This document shows positions 26,001-37,529 of a DNA stretch of 64,000 bases, in pieces; position 1 is the first letter of the stretch; every line of letters begins with the position of its first letter. Source of the stretch: Scenedesmus sp. PABB004 (lineage: Eukaryota); NCBI GenBank assembly GCA_014905635.1, contig JABVCE010000004.1:1-64000 (forward strand). Reading direction: 5' to 3'. The notes under the pieces were generated by a model that worked only from the letters and a program-made list of their open reading frames with translations, was not told where the DNA came from and did no database searches. Both the position numbers and the translations under genes were made by a program.

Positions 26001-27233
26001 CATAGCACTTGCCGGCGATGCAGTTGGTGGTGGTGCAGTTGGCGTTGTCTGTGCAGCTGCCGCCGACGTCCACAACGCCCTGCGCGCGGAGCGGCAGCGG
26101 GCGGCATAAGTGCAGTGTGGTGAGGTCGGCGCACGTGCACGCCGCATGCCGCGCGCCGGATATGCTGCCGCCCGCAAGGCGCGCGCACTCACCGTCGCAT
26201 AGCACTTGCCGGCGATGCAGTTGGTGGTGGTGCAGTTGGCGTTGTCTGTGCAGCTGCCGCCGACGTCCACAACGCCCTGCGCGCGGAGCGGCAGCGGGCG
26301 GCATAAGCGCGGTGTGGTGAGGTCGGCGCACGTGCACGCCGCATGCCCCGCGCCGGATATGCTGCCGCCCGCAAGGCACGCGCACTCACCGTCGCATAGC
26401 ACTTGCCGGCGATGCAGTTGGTGTTGTTGTTGTTACGCGCAGGCTCAGTCGGGATTCCCGACTCGGGGCAGGGCAAGAACGAAGGCGTTCTTGGGCGGTA
26501 CGCTTGGTTAGTTGGTGGTGGTGCAGTTGGCGTTGTCTGTGCAGCTGCCGCCGACGTCCACAACGCCCTGCGCGCGGAGCGGCAGCGGGCGGCATAAGTG
26601 CAGTGTGGTGAGGTCGGCGCACGTGCACGCCGCATGCCGCGCGCCGGATATGCTGCCGCCCGCAAGGCGCGCGCACTCACCGTCGCATAGCACTTGCCGG
26701 CGATGCAGTTGGTGGTGGTGCAGTTGGCGTTGTCTGTGCAGCTGCCGCCGACGTCCACAACGCCCTGCGCGCGGAGCGGCAGCGGGCGGCATAAGCGCGG
26801 TGTGGTGAGGTCGGCGCACGTGCACGCCGCATGCCCCGCGCCGGATATGCTGCCGCCCGCAAGGCACGCGCACTCACCGTCGCATAGCACTTGCCGGCGA
26901 TGCAGTTGGTGTTGTTGTTGTTACGCGCAGGCTCAGTCGGGATTCCCGACTCGGGGCAGGGCAAGAACGAAGGCGTTCTTGGGCGGTACGCTTGGTTAGT
27001 TGGTGGTGGTGCAGTTGGCGTTGTCTGTGCAGCTGCCGCCGACGTCCACAACGCCCTGCGCGCGGAGCGGCAGCGGGCGGCATAAGTGCAGTGTGGTGAG
27101 GTCGGCGCACGTGCACGCCGCATGCCGCGCGCCGGATATGCTGCCGCCCGCAAGGCGCGCGCACTCACCGTCGCATAGCACTTGCCGGCGATGCAGTTGG
27201 TGGTGGTGCAGTTGGCGTTGTCTGTGCAGCTGC
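11022..27233 (-). CDS. One-module-per-exon Cys-rich repeat protein gene; 5' end missing and several exons disrupted
   Basis: Repeated 84-bp phase-0 exon GVVDVGGSCTDNANCTTTNCIAGKCYAT (CAG|...|GTGAGT). It is followed by divergent exons 11547-11464, 11293-11198 (GLAALNEICQDDADCASQNC...C) and 11114-11022 (GIKATGDVCTYTTECATFSCVNNACQAATP*). Confidence 0.75.
11500..27233. repeat. Tandem array of 197-bp units (84-bp exon + 113-bp intron): 73 complete repeated exons plus one partial, 12 of them in 291-bp insertion-bearing units
   Basis: Periodicity 197; 27169-11661 = 73x197 + 11x94 + 93. Confidence 0.97.
13074..13159 (-). mobile_element. 86-bp retroposed insertion with (CAA)n tail and 8-bp TSD; same insertion repeated at about 15729, 17202, 18675, 20345, 21424, 22700, 23385, 24266, 25345, 26424 and 26912
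   Basis: TSD AGTTGGTG at 13066-13073 and 13160-13167; minus-strand 3' end CGTAACAACAACAA; two 8-bp inverted repeats inside. Confidence 0.8.
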
Positions 27234-27316
27234 CCTAAACCTAAAACTAAAAACCGAAAAAACCTAAAACCCTACAACCTAAAACCTATAAAACCTAAAA
27301 TCCAAAACCTAACCCC
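27233..27316 (+). repeat. Degenerate interstitial telomere-like tract terminating the array mid-exon
   Basis: ...cagctg|ccctaaacctaaaactaaaaaccgaaaaaacctaaaaccct... Confidence 0.85.
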
Positions 27317-27709
27317 TTCGCTGACGGCCGCGCTGACCCGGCTTTCCGCGCTCAAGGCGCTCTGCCCAACGCCGCACCGCCCGGCGCGACCAGCTCTCTA
27401 CTACGTTTCCCATGGCGGGCAGCACGGCCGACGCCACGCAGGCCGCACGACGCACGCGGCGGTCGCCGCGGCGCTGGCCGAGGTGCGCGGGCCCGCCGGC
27501 GCACGCTGGCGCGTGCGCGGGGGACTCGTGTGGCCTTGGAACTGCATTGCCGTGGAGCTGCATTCCCTACGCTGACTTCCCTCCCGGTGCGCACCAAGGG
27601 CGCCGCTCCGTGTCGGCGGAGGCGCGCCACCGTAGCACTACAAACACGCGCCCTGCGGCGCGACGCCGCCGGCGTCGGCGACCGGCCCCCGAGGCTTTGC
27701 GCCCAGCGC

Positions 27710-30700
27710 CTACACCGCTCCGCCGCCGCCGCCGCCGCTGCTCCCGTCCACGCCGCCCTCTCGCGCGCCGCCGCGCGCAGCCGCTGCCACGCCCGCGGCC
27801 GCGGCGGCGGCGCTCAGGCCGAGCAGCAGGTCAGCGTCGCCGCTGCTGCTGCTGCCCGCGGCGCCGCCCGGCGGTGCGGCGCTGCCGCCGCCCGCCGCCG
27901 CCGCGAGCAGCTCCGCGGCGAGCGCCGCGCCCTCTGGCATGCCCACCATGCCCAGCATGTCGGCCAGCTCCGCGGCGCGCTCCGCCGGCGACGCGAGGTG
28001 CCGGAAGCTGGTCGCCACGCGCCCGTCCACGCCGGTGGCCTTCACGACCTGGACGTGGTGCCACGCGGCCGCCGCCACCTGCGAGCCGCGCCAGCGCGGC
28101 GGCGGCGCTGGTCACGGTGCGCACGGGTGGCCCCCGAGCCCGAAGAGCCCCACGCCCGCGCCCCCGCGCCCCCGCGCCCGCGCGCCCGCGCGCCCGCGCC
28201 CCCGCGCCCGCGCCCCGGGCGCAGAGAGCAGCAGGCCCACCTGCGGCGTGTGCGTGACCGCCAGCACCTGGCACGCGGCCGCGCCCGCGTCGCCCCGCCC
28301 CGCGCCGCCGACGAGGCTGCGCAGCAGCCGGCCCACAGGCTCGCCGAGGCGGCTGCCGATGCCGGCGTCGAGCTCGTCCAGCACCAGCACGGGCGGGCCC
28401 AGCCGCAGAGCGCCGTGCGCCGTGCCGCCGTCGGCGTTGCTGCTGCCGGCGCCCCGGGCCGCCTCCGCCGCTGCGAGGGGCGCTGCCTTGAGCGCGAGCA
28501 TGACGCGCGCCGCCTCGCCGCCGGACGCCGTGTCGGCGAGCGGGCGCAGCGGCTCGGCGGGGCCGGGCGCGAGCAGGAACGTGACGGCGTCCAGGCCACG
28601 CGCGCCGAGCCGGAAGAGGCCGCGCTCCTCGCCGGCCGCGCCGCTGCTGCCGCCTGCCTCGCCCTCGCCCGCCGCGCCATCGGCGTCGCCGCCCCGCGCG
28701 CCCGCCAAGACCAGCCGCGGCTGCGCAGACGTGGGCACGCTCACTGCGCGCGAGGAGGGGCCCACCTGGCGCACGTGCGGGGCGGGTCGCAGGACGTGTG
28801 AGCCAGGCCGCACGGGGTTACGGGACCAAGCGTCGGGCGCTGCCGGCACGCCGCCGGGCGCGCGACAGGTGGCCGCAGTGCTCTGCCGCGCGAGCGCCGC
28901 CTGTCGCCGGTCGCCTGCCTGCCCGCCAGCCCTGCGCGCTGCGGCCACCACGGCCCGCCCCACCTGCTCCTCCTTGGGTCCCGCGCGGCTCCACGACAGC
29001 TGCACGGCAAACTTGCTGGCACCCATGGCGAGCGACCCCAGCACGCCCTGCACGGCGTCGGCCAGCGCCGCGCCCGCCGCGGTGCGGGCCGCCGACAGCT
29101 GCAGCGCGACGTCGGTCGCCTCGGCCAGCAGCGCGGCCGCCTCCGCGCGCCAGCCCTTCGCCTGACCTGCGGGCAGCGCGGGCGGCAGCGCGGGTTGAAG
29201 CGGTGCTGGCGGAGAGGGCGCACGGGGCGCACGTGTGCGCCGCCCCATGCACCGCCGGCGCCACCGCAGCCCCGCCGCTGTCGCCCCGCCGCGTCGGCCC
29301 GCGCGGCGCACCCAGGTTGTCATGGAAGGCCTCCAGCGCGGCAGCCCAGCCGCAGCACGCCTCAAGCAGCTCCGCGGTGCCGCGCACGCGGAAGCGCCGG
29401 CACAGCTTTTCCAGCAGCTCCAGCCGCGCCGCGGCCTCGGCCGCCTCGGCGGGGGAGAAGCCGGCCACGCCGGCGTATGCAGAAAGCTGCGGCGGCGACG
29501 GCGAGCGTGTCAGCGCCGCGCGCGCGGTCGAGCAGCAGGGCGCCGCGCGCGCCGCGGCAGGAGCAGGCGATGCCGCGCCCTGCACACCTGCGCCGCTGCT
29601 TCGGTCAGGCCCTCGCCCACGCCGTCCAGCTCGTTCAGAGCGGCTTGCAGCGCAGCCACGGCGCGCGCGCCGCTCGCCGCCTCGCCACCGTCCTCCTCGT
29701 CCTCCTCCTCGTCCTCCTCGCCGCCTGCCTCGTCCTCCTCCTGCTCGCCCTCGTCTGCGGCGGCGCTCCGCCACCGCTGCCGCGCCGCTGCGCGCTCCTG
29801 CGCCAGCAAGCGCTGCTGCTGCTCCTCCGCCGCGAGCACGCCCCGCAGCTGCCCGACAACCAAGCGCAGCCCCTCAAGCAGCCCCGCGCCGCCGCCGCTG
29901 CCGGCCGCTGCGCCGCTGCCATCGCCCGAGATGCCTGCGCTGGCCGCAGCCGCCGCCTCGAGGCAGCCGCGCCGTGATTCGAGCGCTGCCAGACGGCGCC
30001 GCAGGGTCACCTCCTCGCCCGCAGTGATGCCGGCGCGAGTGATGAGCTCGACGCGACGCTGCAGCGCGGCGCGCTCGGCCTCGTCGCCCAGCGCATCCAC
30101 GTCGGCCAGCGCCGCCTCCAGACGTGCCAGGCGTGCCACCAGGCCGGACAGGTGCGCCGCGAGGTCGCTGGTGCCTGCGCCGGCGTGGCAGAGGCCCTTG
30201 GTGCGGGGACTGCCCGCACGCCGCGTGCCGCGCGACGCGCAGCTGCTGCGCGCGGCGCGCCGCGCAGCAGGCGCGACCCCGGCGGCGCACCGGCGACCCT
30301 GTCCAGCAGGTCGAGCTGCGCGGCGCCGTCCCTGAGCGCCAGGCTCGCGTGCTGGCCATTGACGTCGACGAGCAGCGCCCCCAGGCTGCGCAGCACGCGC
30401 AGGCTGCTGGGCACGCCGTTTATGCTCACGCGGCTGCGCGTGCCAGCGCCGCCCGGCGAGCTGCTCGCGTCGGACGCCGGCGCCGGCACGCGGCATATCT
30501 GCGGGCGGCGGCGTCAGGCGCGCAGGCAGGCGGGCGCACGGCCGCCTGTGAGCTGCGAGTGCACACGCGCGCGCCTTGAAGCTCGGGCGCTGCGCGCCCG
30601 GCGGCCGGCCCACCTCCCGCCGGATGGTCAGCTGCTGGCCGCCACCAGACCCGCCGCCGCCCGGCAGCGCCCGCGCCGGCAGGCCCAGGTCGGCCAGCAG

Positions 30701-31360
30701 CGCGGCCGCGGCCTCCGCGGTGGTAGGGTCCAGCCACCACGTGCCCTGAACCAGCGCCGCGTCGGCGGGGGCGCGCACGCAGGCCGCGTCTGCGGGCGCG
30801 CCGAGCAGCTGGCCGAGGCCGTCGAGCAGGACGCTCTTGCCCGCGCCGCTGCTGCCGCTGACGACGTTCAGCCCTGGCGCAAAGCGCGCCGTCGCAGAGT
30901 CGAATACCACAAAGCCCTGCAGCGCCACCTCCTGCGCGCGAGCGGGCGGCGCCGGCTCAGCGCGCCGCGCGCACGCCCCGCCCCCGCGCGCCCCGCCTTC
31001 CCTCTCCGCCCTCGGCGCGCCTGCAGGAAGGTCAGGCTCTGGTGCTCAGGCGGCGGGGGCGGCGGCGGCTCCGCGCACGCGGCTGGCGCGCCGGCGCTGC
31101 CGCCGGCGACCGACGGCGCCGCTGCCGGGCCAGCGCACGCCGCCCTGCTGCCGCGGCGCACCCATCGCTGCCGCGCGGCGAGCGCGAGCCGGGCGCCACC
31201 TGCGTCGCAGCAAGGGCGCTGCGTCAGGCTCCTCGGCAGGCGCTCGCCGCCCGCGCTCCGGGGGCGCCGGCGCCAGCGCCGCCGCCGCTGCACCGCGCGC
31301 ACCTCCGCTGCTGCCGGCCGCGGCGCGTCCAGCTGAGCCCGCTGGCCTGCCCACCAGCAT
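27710..31360 (-). CDS. RECN: RecN-like SMC-family DNA repair ATPase, probably organelle-targeted
   Basis: Walker A GSSGAGKS, 'INGVP...LVDVNGQH', signature ASGGEAARVMLALK, Walker B LVLDELDAGIG, 'QVLAVTHTPQVAA', ER..ELA.MLG; multiple introns; N-terminal extension. Confidence 0.9.
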
Positions 31361-31674
31361 CAGCCGCGGCGGCGGGGCAGCGTGTAAGCAGCCAGGGCCA
31401 GAAGTTGGGATCGGCGGCGTGGCTGCGCTCGAAACGCTGCCGTTTGCTCGCTGCCGGTCGAGCGCTGGGCGCTGGGAGGCGGGGTGCGGGCCGCAGTGCG
31501 CGATAAGACAGCCCAGCGTGCCGCACGCCGCCGAGTGTGCCTTGTTGCAAACGGAACCGCAGACCGCCGCAACGCTGCTGCCGCCGCTGCCGACGCCGCT
31601 GCCGCCGCGCCCACAACCCCCCCCCCCTCCGGCAAAGCCACGCCCACGCGGCGCCCTTGAAACGGGCGCGGCAG

Positions 31675-32309
31675 ATGGCCAACGAGGCCGCAGCAGCAGA
31701 GGCGGCGCGCAGCGGCGGCGCTGAGCTGCCGTCTGCGCCGCCGCCGCCGGCGCTGCTGCCAGCGCCCGGTCGCGCGGTCTGTGCCGGCTGCAGGTGGGCC
31801 GGGATACAGCGGCGTGAGGGCTGCTTCCTGCGCAGCGAGCGTGGCGCCACGCTCACCGCCGGCCGCCGCCGCCGCAGCCGGCCCGCGCGCGTGTGCCTGT
31901 GCGCGGCGATGCCGGAGCCGCCCGTCCGGCTGGCGGGGCGATGCGTGGTGCTGCAGCACCCGTCGGAGGCCAAGGTGAAGATGGCCACCGTGCGGCTGCT
32001 GGCGCGCGCGGTGTCGCCGGACTCCCTCGCAGTGCTGGTGGGGAGGCGGCTGCGTCCGGGTGCGTTCCCTGTGTTTGACGGCCTGCTGACGCTCTGTGAC
32101 CAGCACGCCGCGCCGCTGCTGGTGCTGTGGCCCGGAGCAGGTGTTCGAAGCATCGCAGACGTGGTGCTCACGCAGCCAGCAGCGCGGCAGGAGGGGCAGC
32201 AGGCGCCGGAGGCGGCAGCGCCAGCGCTGCCGCCGCTGCGGCCGGCGCCGGAGCAGCAGCCGGCGCCAGACCAGCTGGCACAGACACAGGAGCCGCAGCA
32301 GCAGCAGCC

Positions 32310-32360
<51 letters not shown>

Positions 32361-32989
32361 GCTTCAGACGCAGCAGGAGCGCCTGCTGTCGGGCCCCGCC
32401 CCCGCGTACGTGCTGCTGGTCGTGGACGGCACGTGGCGGCACGCGCGCGAGATGTTTGACGCCCTCAAGCCCTGGCTGCTCAACAGCGGCGGGCCAGGAA
32501 CGCAGGTGCAGCTGCCGCTCCCGCCGCCACTGGAGCACGGAGCACGGCAGGGCCAGGAGGCGCAGCCTGGCAGCGCCCTGACGACGCTGGCAGAGCAGCT
32601 CGGCGCGGCACTGTGTCGCGACGAGGCGTGCCGGCTGCGCGTCGAGCCGCACGAGGGCTGCTGCACCACCTACGAGGCCACGACGCAAGCGTTGGCCCTG
32701 CTGGAGCGCGGCGCGCAGCCGGGGCTGCTGGAGCGCCTCATGCGGCCCCTTCGGCTCATGACGGCGCACCAGGTTCGTCGCGACTGCTCCCAACGGCGGC
32801 GAGCCCAGCAGCAGCGCGCGCCGGCCGCCGCGCTCTGACGCCGCCGCTGGCCTGCACCGTGCCCCGCAGGCAGCCTTCGATCCAGCCATTCGCGCGCGCA
32901 CGTCTGGCCCCGGCAGCAGCTGCGTGGTGGCATCGCGGAGCAAGCTGGGGCTGCGCGGGCGGCTGCCCTCGCCGGCGGAGCCGCTGTGA
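31675..32989 (+). CDS. DTW-domain tRNA-uridine aminocarboxypropyltransferase (DTWD2-like)
   Basis: CAGC.RPARVCLC, VVLQHPSE, LVVDGTWRHAREMF, R.EP..GC.TTYEA; polyQ insert. Confidence 0.88.
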
Positions 32990-33074
32990 TGGCGCGTGCG
33001 GTGCGCAGCCACGCGCAGTAACGCCGTCAGTTTACAACGCGGCGGGAGCCCGCGACTCGAATCAAGTGCGGCGC

Positions 33075-36000
33075 TCAAATGCTGCCGTCGTCAGTGTCAG
33101 CGGCGGCGACGGAGCTCGGCTCCAGCACACCACTCACGTGCTGCACCGCAGCACCAGCAGGCTGCTCTGCCACCGCGCCAGCGGGCTGCTCCTCCACCGT
33201 ACCAGCGGGCTGCTCCGCCACTGCACCGACGGGCTGCTCAGACGCCCCGCCAGCGGGCTGCTCAGGCGCCGCGCCGGCAGGCTGCTCCTCCACCATGTCA
33301 GCGGTCTGCTCCACCACTGCGCCAACGGGCTGCTCAGGCGCCCCACCAGCAAGGCTGCTTTGCCACCGCGCCAGCGGGCTTCTCAGGCGCCGCGCCGGCG
33401 GGCTCCTCCACCGCGTCAGCGGGCTGCTCCGCCGCCGCGCCGGCGGGCTCCTCCGCCGCGCCAGCAGGCTTCTCTGCAGCCGCACCGGAGGGCTCTGCCG
33501 TCGTGCCAGCAGGCTGCTGCGCGGCGGCACTGGCGGGCTGCCCTGCTGGCTCCTCTCCACGCAGCTGCTCGGACTGCACGCCGTCAGCCTCTGCCGCTGT
33601 GCTTCCGCCCCGGCTGGCTGGCGGCGGCGCGGAGACCTGCTCGGCTTGAGCCGTGCCCCCGCTGGCAGCGGCCTGCGTTGGCAGCTGCTCGCTGTCAGCC
33701 TCGCTGACGCCATCTGCCTCTGGCTGCTCAGGCTGGGCCATGCCAGTGCTGGTGGCGTCAAGGGGCTCAGCATCTGCCGGCGCCGCCGCTGGCGCCGGGG
33801 ATTCAGCTGCTGCCGAGCTGGGCGCGCGCGGCTGCTCTCCGGTGATGGCCACCAGCACGGTGCCCAGCTGCGCCAGCGTGCTGCGGTCCTTGAGCACCTC
33901 CAGGTGGCCGTAGTCGCCCAGCTCCGTGATGTTGGCACTGTCGGTGATCCTGCAAGGCGCGTGCGCACGGGCGCAGGAGTCGGCGCGCGCCGCGCGCGTG
34001 GTCCGCACGCCCACGCGCGCCGGCCAGCCCCCAGCCTCGAGCGTGGCGAGCCCGTCCGCACCGGTAGCACTGCTTGAGGCTCTGCATGCTGACGGTGCCG
34101 TCGCCGCCGGTGGTGACGAGCGTGGCGCTGGTGAGCAGGGCGCGGTTCTTGTTGATGTTGGGAAAGTCCCACGTGAGCGCGGTGTCCTTGCCCACGGCTG
34201 CGGCAGCGCGCAGCGTGCAGGCCCGCAGGGCGGGGCGTGAGGGCGGCGTCCCTCGCGGTTGGCGCGCGCGTGCGCCGAGGCGCCCTGCAGCCCCCCCCCC
34301 CCCCCCCCCCCCGCCCCCCGGCCGAGCGCCGCGCCCACCGTAGATGCAGTGCGTCGGCACGCCCGGCACGCGCCCCTTGGCGAGCAGCGCGTCCAGCTCG
34401 TGCACCTGGCGCCACGCCCGCACGGTGACGTCGTCGCCGATGTCCTCCATGAGCTGGTCCATCATGCTCGCCGTGTAGGTCTGCCGCGCGGTCACCACGA
34501 TGCGGCGGTTCAGGCCGTACGCGCTCGCGTACGGCAGCAGCATGGAGAGCCCCGGCAGGCCCATGGTGGCCTTGAAGAAGATGGAGGAGATGTAGTTGGA
34601 CACGATGCGGTCGAGGTTGAACAGCGACGCGGTGCCCACGCCGCCGCCGCTGCCGCCACCGCTGATGCCGGCGCCAACGGCCGCCGTGGCCACGCCACCG
34701 CCGCCGCTGCTGCCCTTGCCGCTGCCGCTGTTGCTGCTGCTGCCTCCGCCGACGGTCACGCCGCTGCCGCCACCGCCGCCGCTGCGCTTGGGCCGCATGG
34801 CCGCTGCGCCCAGCAGGCTGCGCTCGCGGCGCAGGAGCTGGCCGCCCCGTGCGAGCAGGCGGCCGCCACTGGCCAGCAGGCGTGTGGTGACAGGCACGGG
34901 CACCTCCACCATCTCTGGCACCTCCACGATGCCCTCCTGCTCGTCCTCCTCCGAGCCTGCAGCCGCAGCTGCGGCGCCGCTCGCAGGGGGTGCGGTGTCG
35001 TCGGCGCCCTCGGCCTGCGCGGCCATGGCCTCGGCCTCGATGCTGGCCACCGCGACCGCCACGTCCGCGCTGTGATTGGCCTTGACGTCCGCCGCCGCGC
35101 GCGCCATGGGCATCTTGACCCAGTCGTTGATGTTGAAGTCCACCGAGCCCATGCGCACGGCGATGGCCTGGTCCGAGGTGCCGCCCCAGGGCGCAGAGAC
35201 GCTGATGAAGCCAGCAACGTAGCTCGACCTGCGCGCGCAGCGGGCACAGCGGGCGCAGCTGCACTGAGCGGCCCTGCGCGCGCGGCAGCAGCCCGCGCCC
35301 TGCCGCACGCAGCCTGCGCGCGCTGCACGGTGCAGCACAGCGCGCGACCGGCCGGCGCCGGGCGAGGCGCACGCACGTCCAGCGCGGGTCGCGGTGCAGC
35401 AGCGCCAGGGAGACCAGGCCGCCCATGCTGTGCCCGATGAGCACCGCCTTCTTGCCGCAGTTTGCGTCCACCGCCGCCTGCACCTTGGCCGCCAGCGCGC
35501 CCATCCCGCCCGAGCGCTCCAGGCCGGCCAGGTGCAGGCGCCAGTCAAAGGGCGCGCCAAACATGTCAACGCCGAGCGTGTAGCCAAACGCGTCGCTGAG
35601 ATACGAGGTGAGGTTGGTGTACGACGACTGCCACAGCCCATACGACGTGCCGGTTGGGCCGCCGGGCTCCACGACCACCCGCACGCCGGCGTTGCTGCCA
35701 AACCTGCGCACCGCGGTGGCCGCGCCCACGGCGTCGGCCGCCGCGGCTGGCAGCCGCCGCTGCCCTCCCGCGCCGCCACAGCACGCGCTGCCGCGGCAGC
35801 TGCCAGCGCCTCTGCACCGTCGCGGCTCAGCGTGAGCCTTTCAGCGGCGCGACGCACCTGCGCAGGCGCGGGCTGAACCTGTTCTGGACCATGTAGAGCC
35901 AGCAGCCGAGGCCGGTCGGCAGGATGTGCTTCGCCGTGGGCGGCCAGATCGTCTGCATCGACCGCCGCCCCACGCAGGGCGAACCGGCAGCAAATCCACT

Positions 36001-36349
36001 GTAACTGGCGTTGATCTGGCTCGCCATGATGCCTGGCGGCGGCGGCGGCGGCGGCGTGCGGTCTGGGCAGCAGCGGCGGCGCGCCGTACTGCGCGCGGCG
36101 CAGTACGCATGCCAGCACGGCTCCGCAGCTCTCTCCACGGTGCCAGGTGGCTGAAAACGTCCCGGAACTGCGCGGAGGGTGCTGCCAGCGCGTGCGCGGG
36201 CTGGGCCGCGGCGCACCAGGGAGAATGATGACCGGGTGCTTCGCCTCCGCGCACCGCGCGTCCGCCGTGCCCGCCGCGCCCGCTACCGCGCTGGCGCACA
36301 GCAGCGCCAGCGCCAACACCGTCAGCGCCACGCCCACGCGGCGCGCCAT
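33075..36349 (-). CDS. Lecithin:cholesterol acyltransferase / phospholipase-like protein with EQPAGA-repeat tail (probable 1-nt indel near 33345)
   Basis: Signal peptide, HPVIILPG|IMASQI, GAPFDWR, lipase box LIGHSMGG, SAPWGG, GDGTVS, HLEVL. Confidence 0.88.
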
Positions 36350-36374
36350 CGCGCCGCGCTGTTGCTGCGGGGGC

Positions 36375-37155
36375 GTGCGGCCAGGCGCGCCAGGCGCGCG
36401 CCAGGGTGGTCGGCACGAGTTGCCCTGCGTGCGCAGCAATCAGGCGCGACCAGGAGGCAGCAGCCACGCGGCGCCGCGCATGCAGGGCTCCCGCGCAAAC
36501 GCGCTTTGCGCGGGAAGCTGAATCTTGCGCCACGCACACCCGCCCAGCAGTTCGGCGCCTCAGGCGGCGGCTCCAGCGTCAGAGCGAGCGAGACGCTGCC
36601 GCCGCCACCGCCGCCGCCGCAGCGCGCGACGAAGCCGCGGCCGCAGCCAGCGCGCCGACGTGCGCGAGTCGACGGCGCGGCCCGTGGGCGGCAGGGCACG
36701 CAAGTGCTCGCAAGTGGCCGCCTGCACCAGCGGCAGGGCGGCCAGCCGGCGGCGGCGGCGCGGTGCGGCGTCGCCGCCGCCGGCTGTGACGGCTCGCCGC
36801 CAGCAGTGCCGCGGCGGCCGCGGCGGTGTGGTCACAAGCAGCGTGAGATGCTCCAAACGCGAGTGCCGCAAGCGACTCGTGACTCAGCCGCCCGGGGCTG
36901 CGCACCCGCGGTAGCGATGACGCTGCAGGGCTCCGCTGCGCGCGGCCCAGACTGGCGACCAGCAACGGCGCTCGCCGTCCGTGACGGCCCTCCTCGCCGC
37001 AGCAGCAGCTCGGCGAGCTGCGTCCCTCCAGCACCGCGAGTGACACGGTCCGGCGCCATGCCGCAGCTCGCCGGCCGGGGGCGCACGCCGCACGCAACAC
37101 GGCGGCGGCTCGGCGGCGATCCCGCCGGCCATCGCGCCGGTCATCAGCCCGGCTC
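36375..37155 (+). repeat. 781-bp direct repeat, copy 1 (LCAT upstream region)
   Basis: Matches 41056-41836 at offset 4681 with about 3 substitutions seen. Confidence 0.95.
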
Positions 37156-37250
37156 CGGAGGCCGGCCCCACGCGCCCCTCCGGACCTCTGGAGATTGCGA
37201 GCGGCCCTTGCAGCTCATTTCCCGCTCCGGCAGCGACAAAAATGGACGGT

Positions 37251-37347
37251 TGGGCTCTGCCAGGCTCGAACTGGCGACCTTAGGATTTCTCACGAGTCGT
37301 GAGTCATGTTATGAGACCTACGCGCTAACCAGCTGCGCCAAGAACCC
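37251..37347 (-). tRNA. tRNA-Met (CAT), elongator type, with intron
   Basis: GGGTTCT/AGAGCCC acceptor stem, GCGC D-stem, CTCATA anticodon loop, about 23-nt intron, GCCAG-TTCGAGC-CTGGC T-arm, T5 terminator downstream. Confidence 0.93.
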
Positions 37348-37529
37348 CTTTCAGAGGAGAGCACCGCTTGGATGCCATTGCCACACCAGCTGCGGCGCGG
37401 CGGGTGCGAGGGGGAGGGCGGGGTGAAGGGCGCAGGGCGGCGGGTGAGCCGGCGCCGGCCGGCGCATCGCCGCACCGCCGCGCCGCCGTCGCAGCCGCCG
37501 CGCGGCCGGCGAGCAGCGGCGCCGCACCT

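Noticed and set aside
11657..27181. Dozens of 96-293 aa ORFs in the track
   Set aside because: Read-through artefacts of the repeated unit; only the 84-nt exon is credible.
11500..27233. CRISPR-like array (repeats with interspersed inserts)
   Set aside because: Units are 197 bp, the inserts are the same sequence rather than unique spacers, no cas genes are present, and the exon/intron structure explains the unit.
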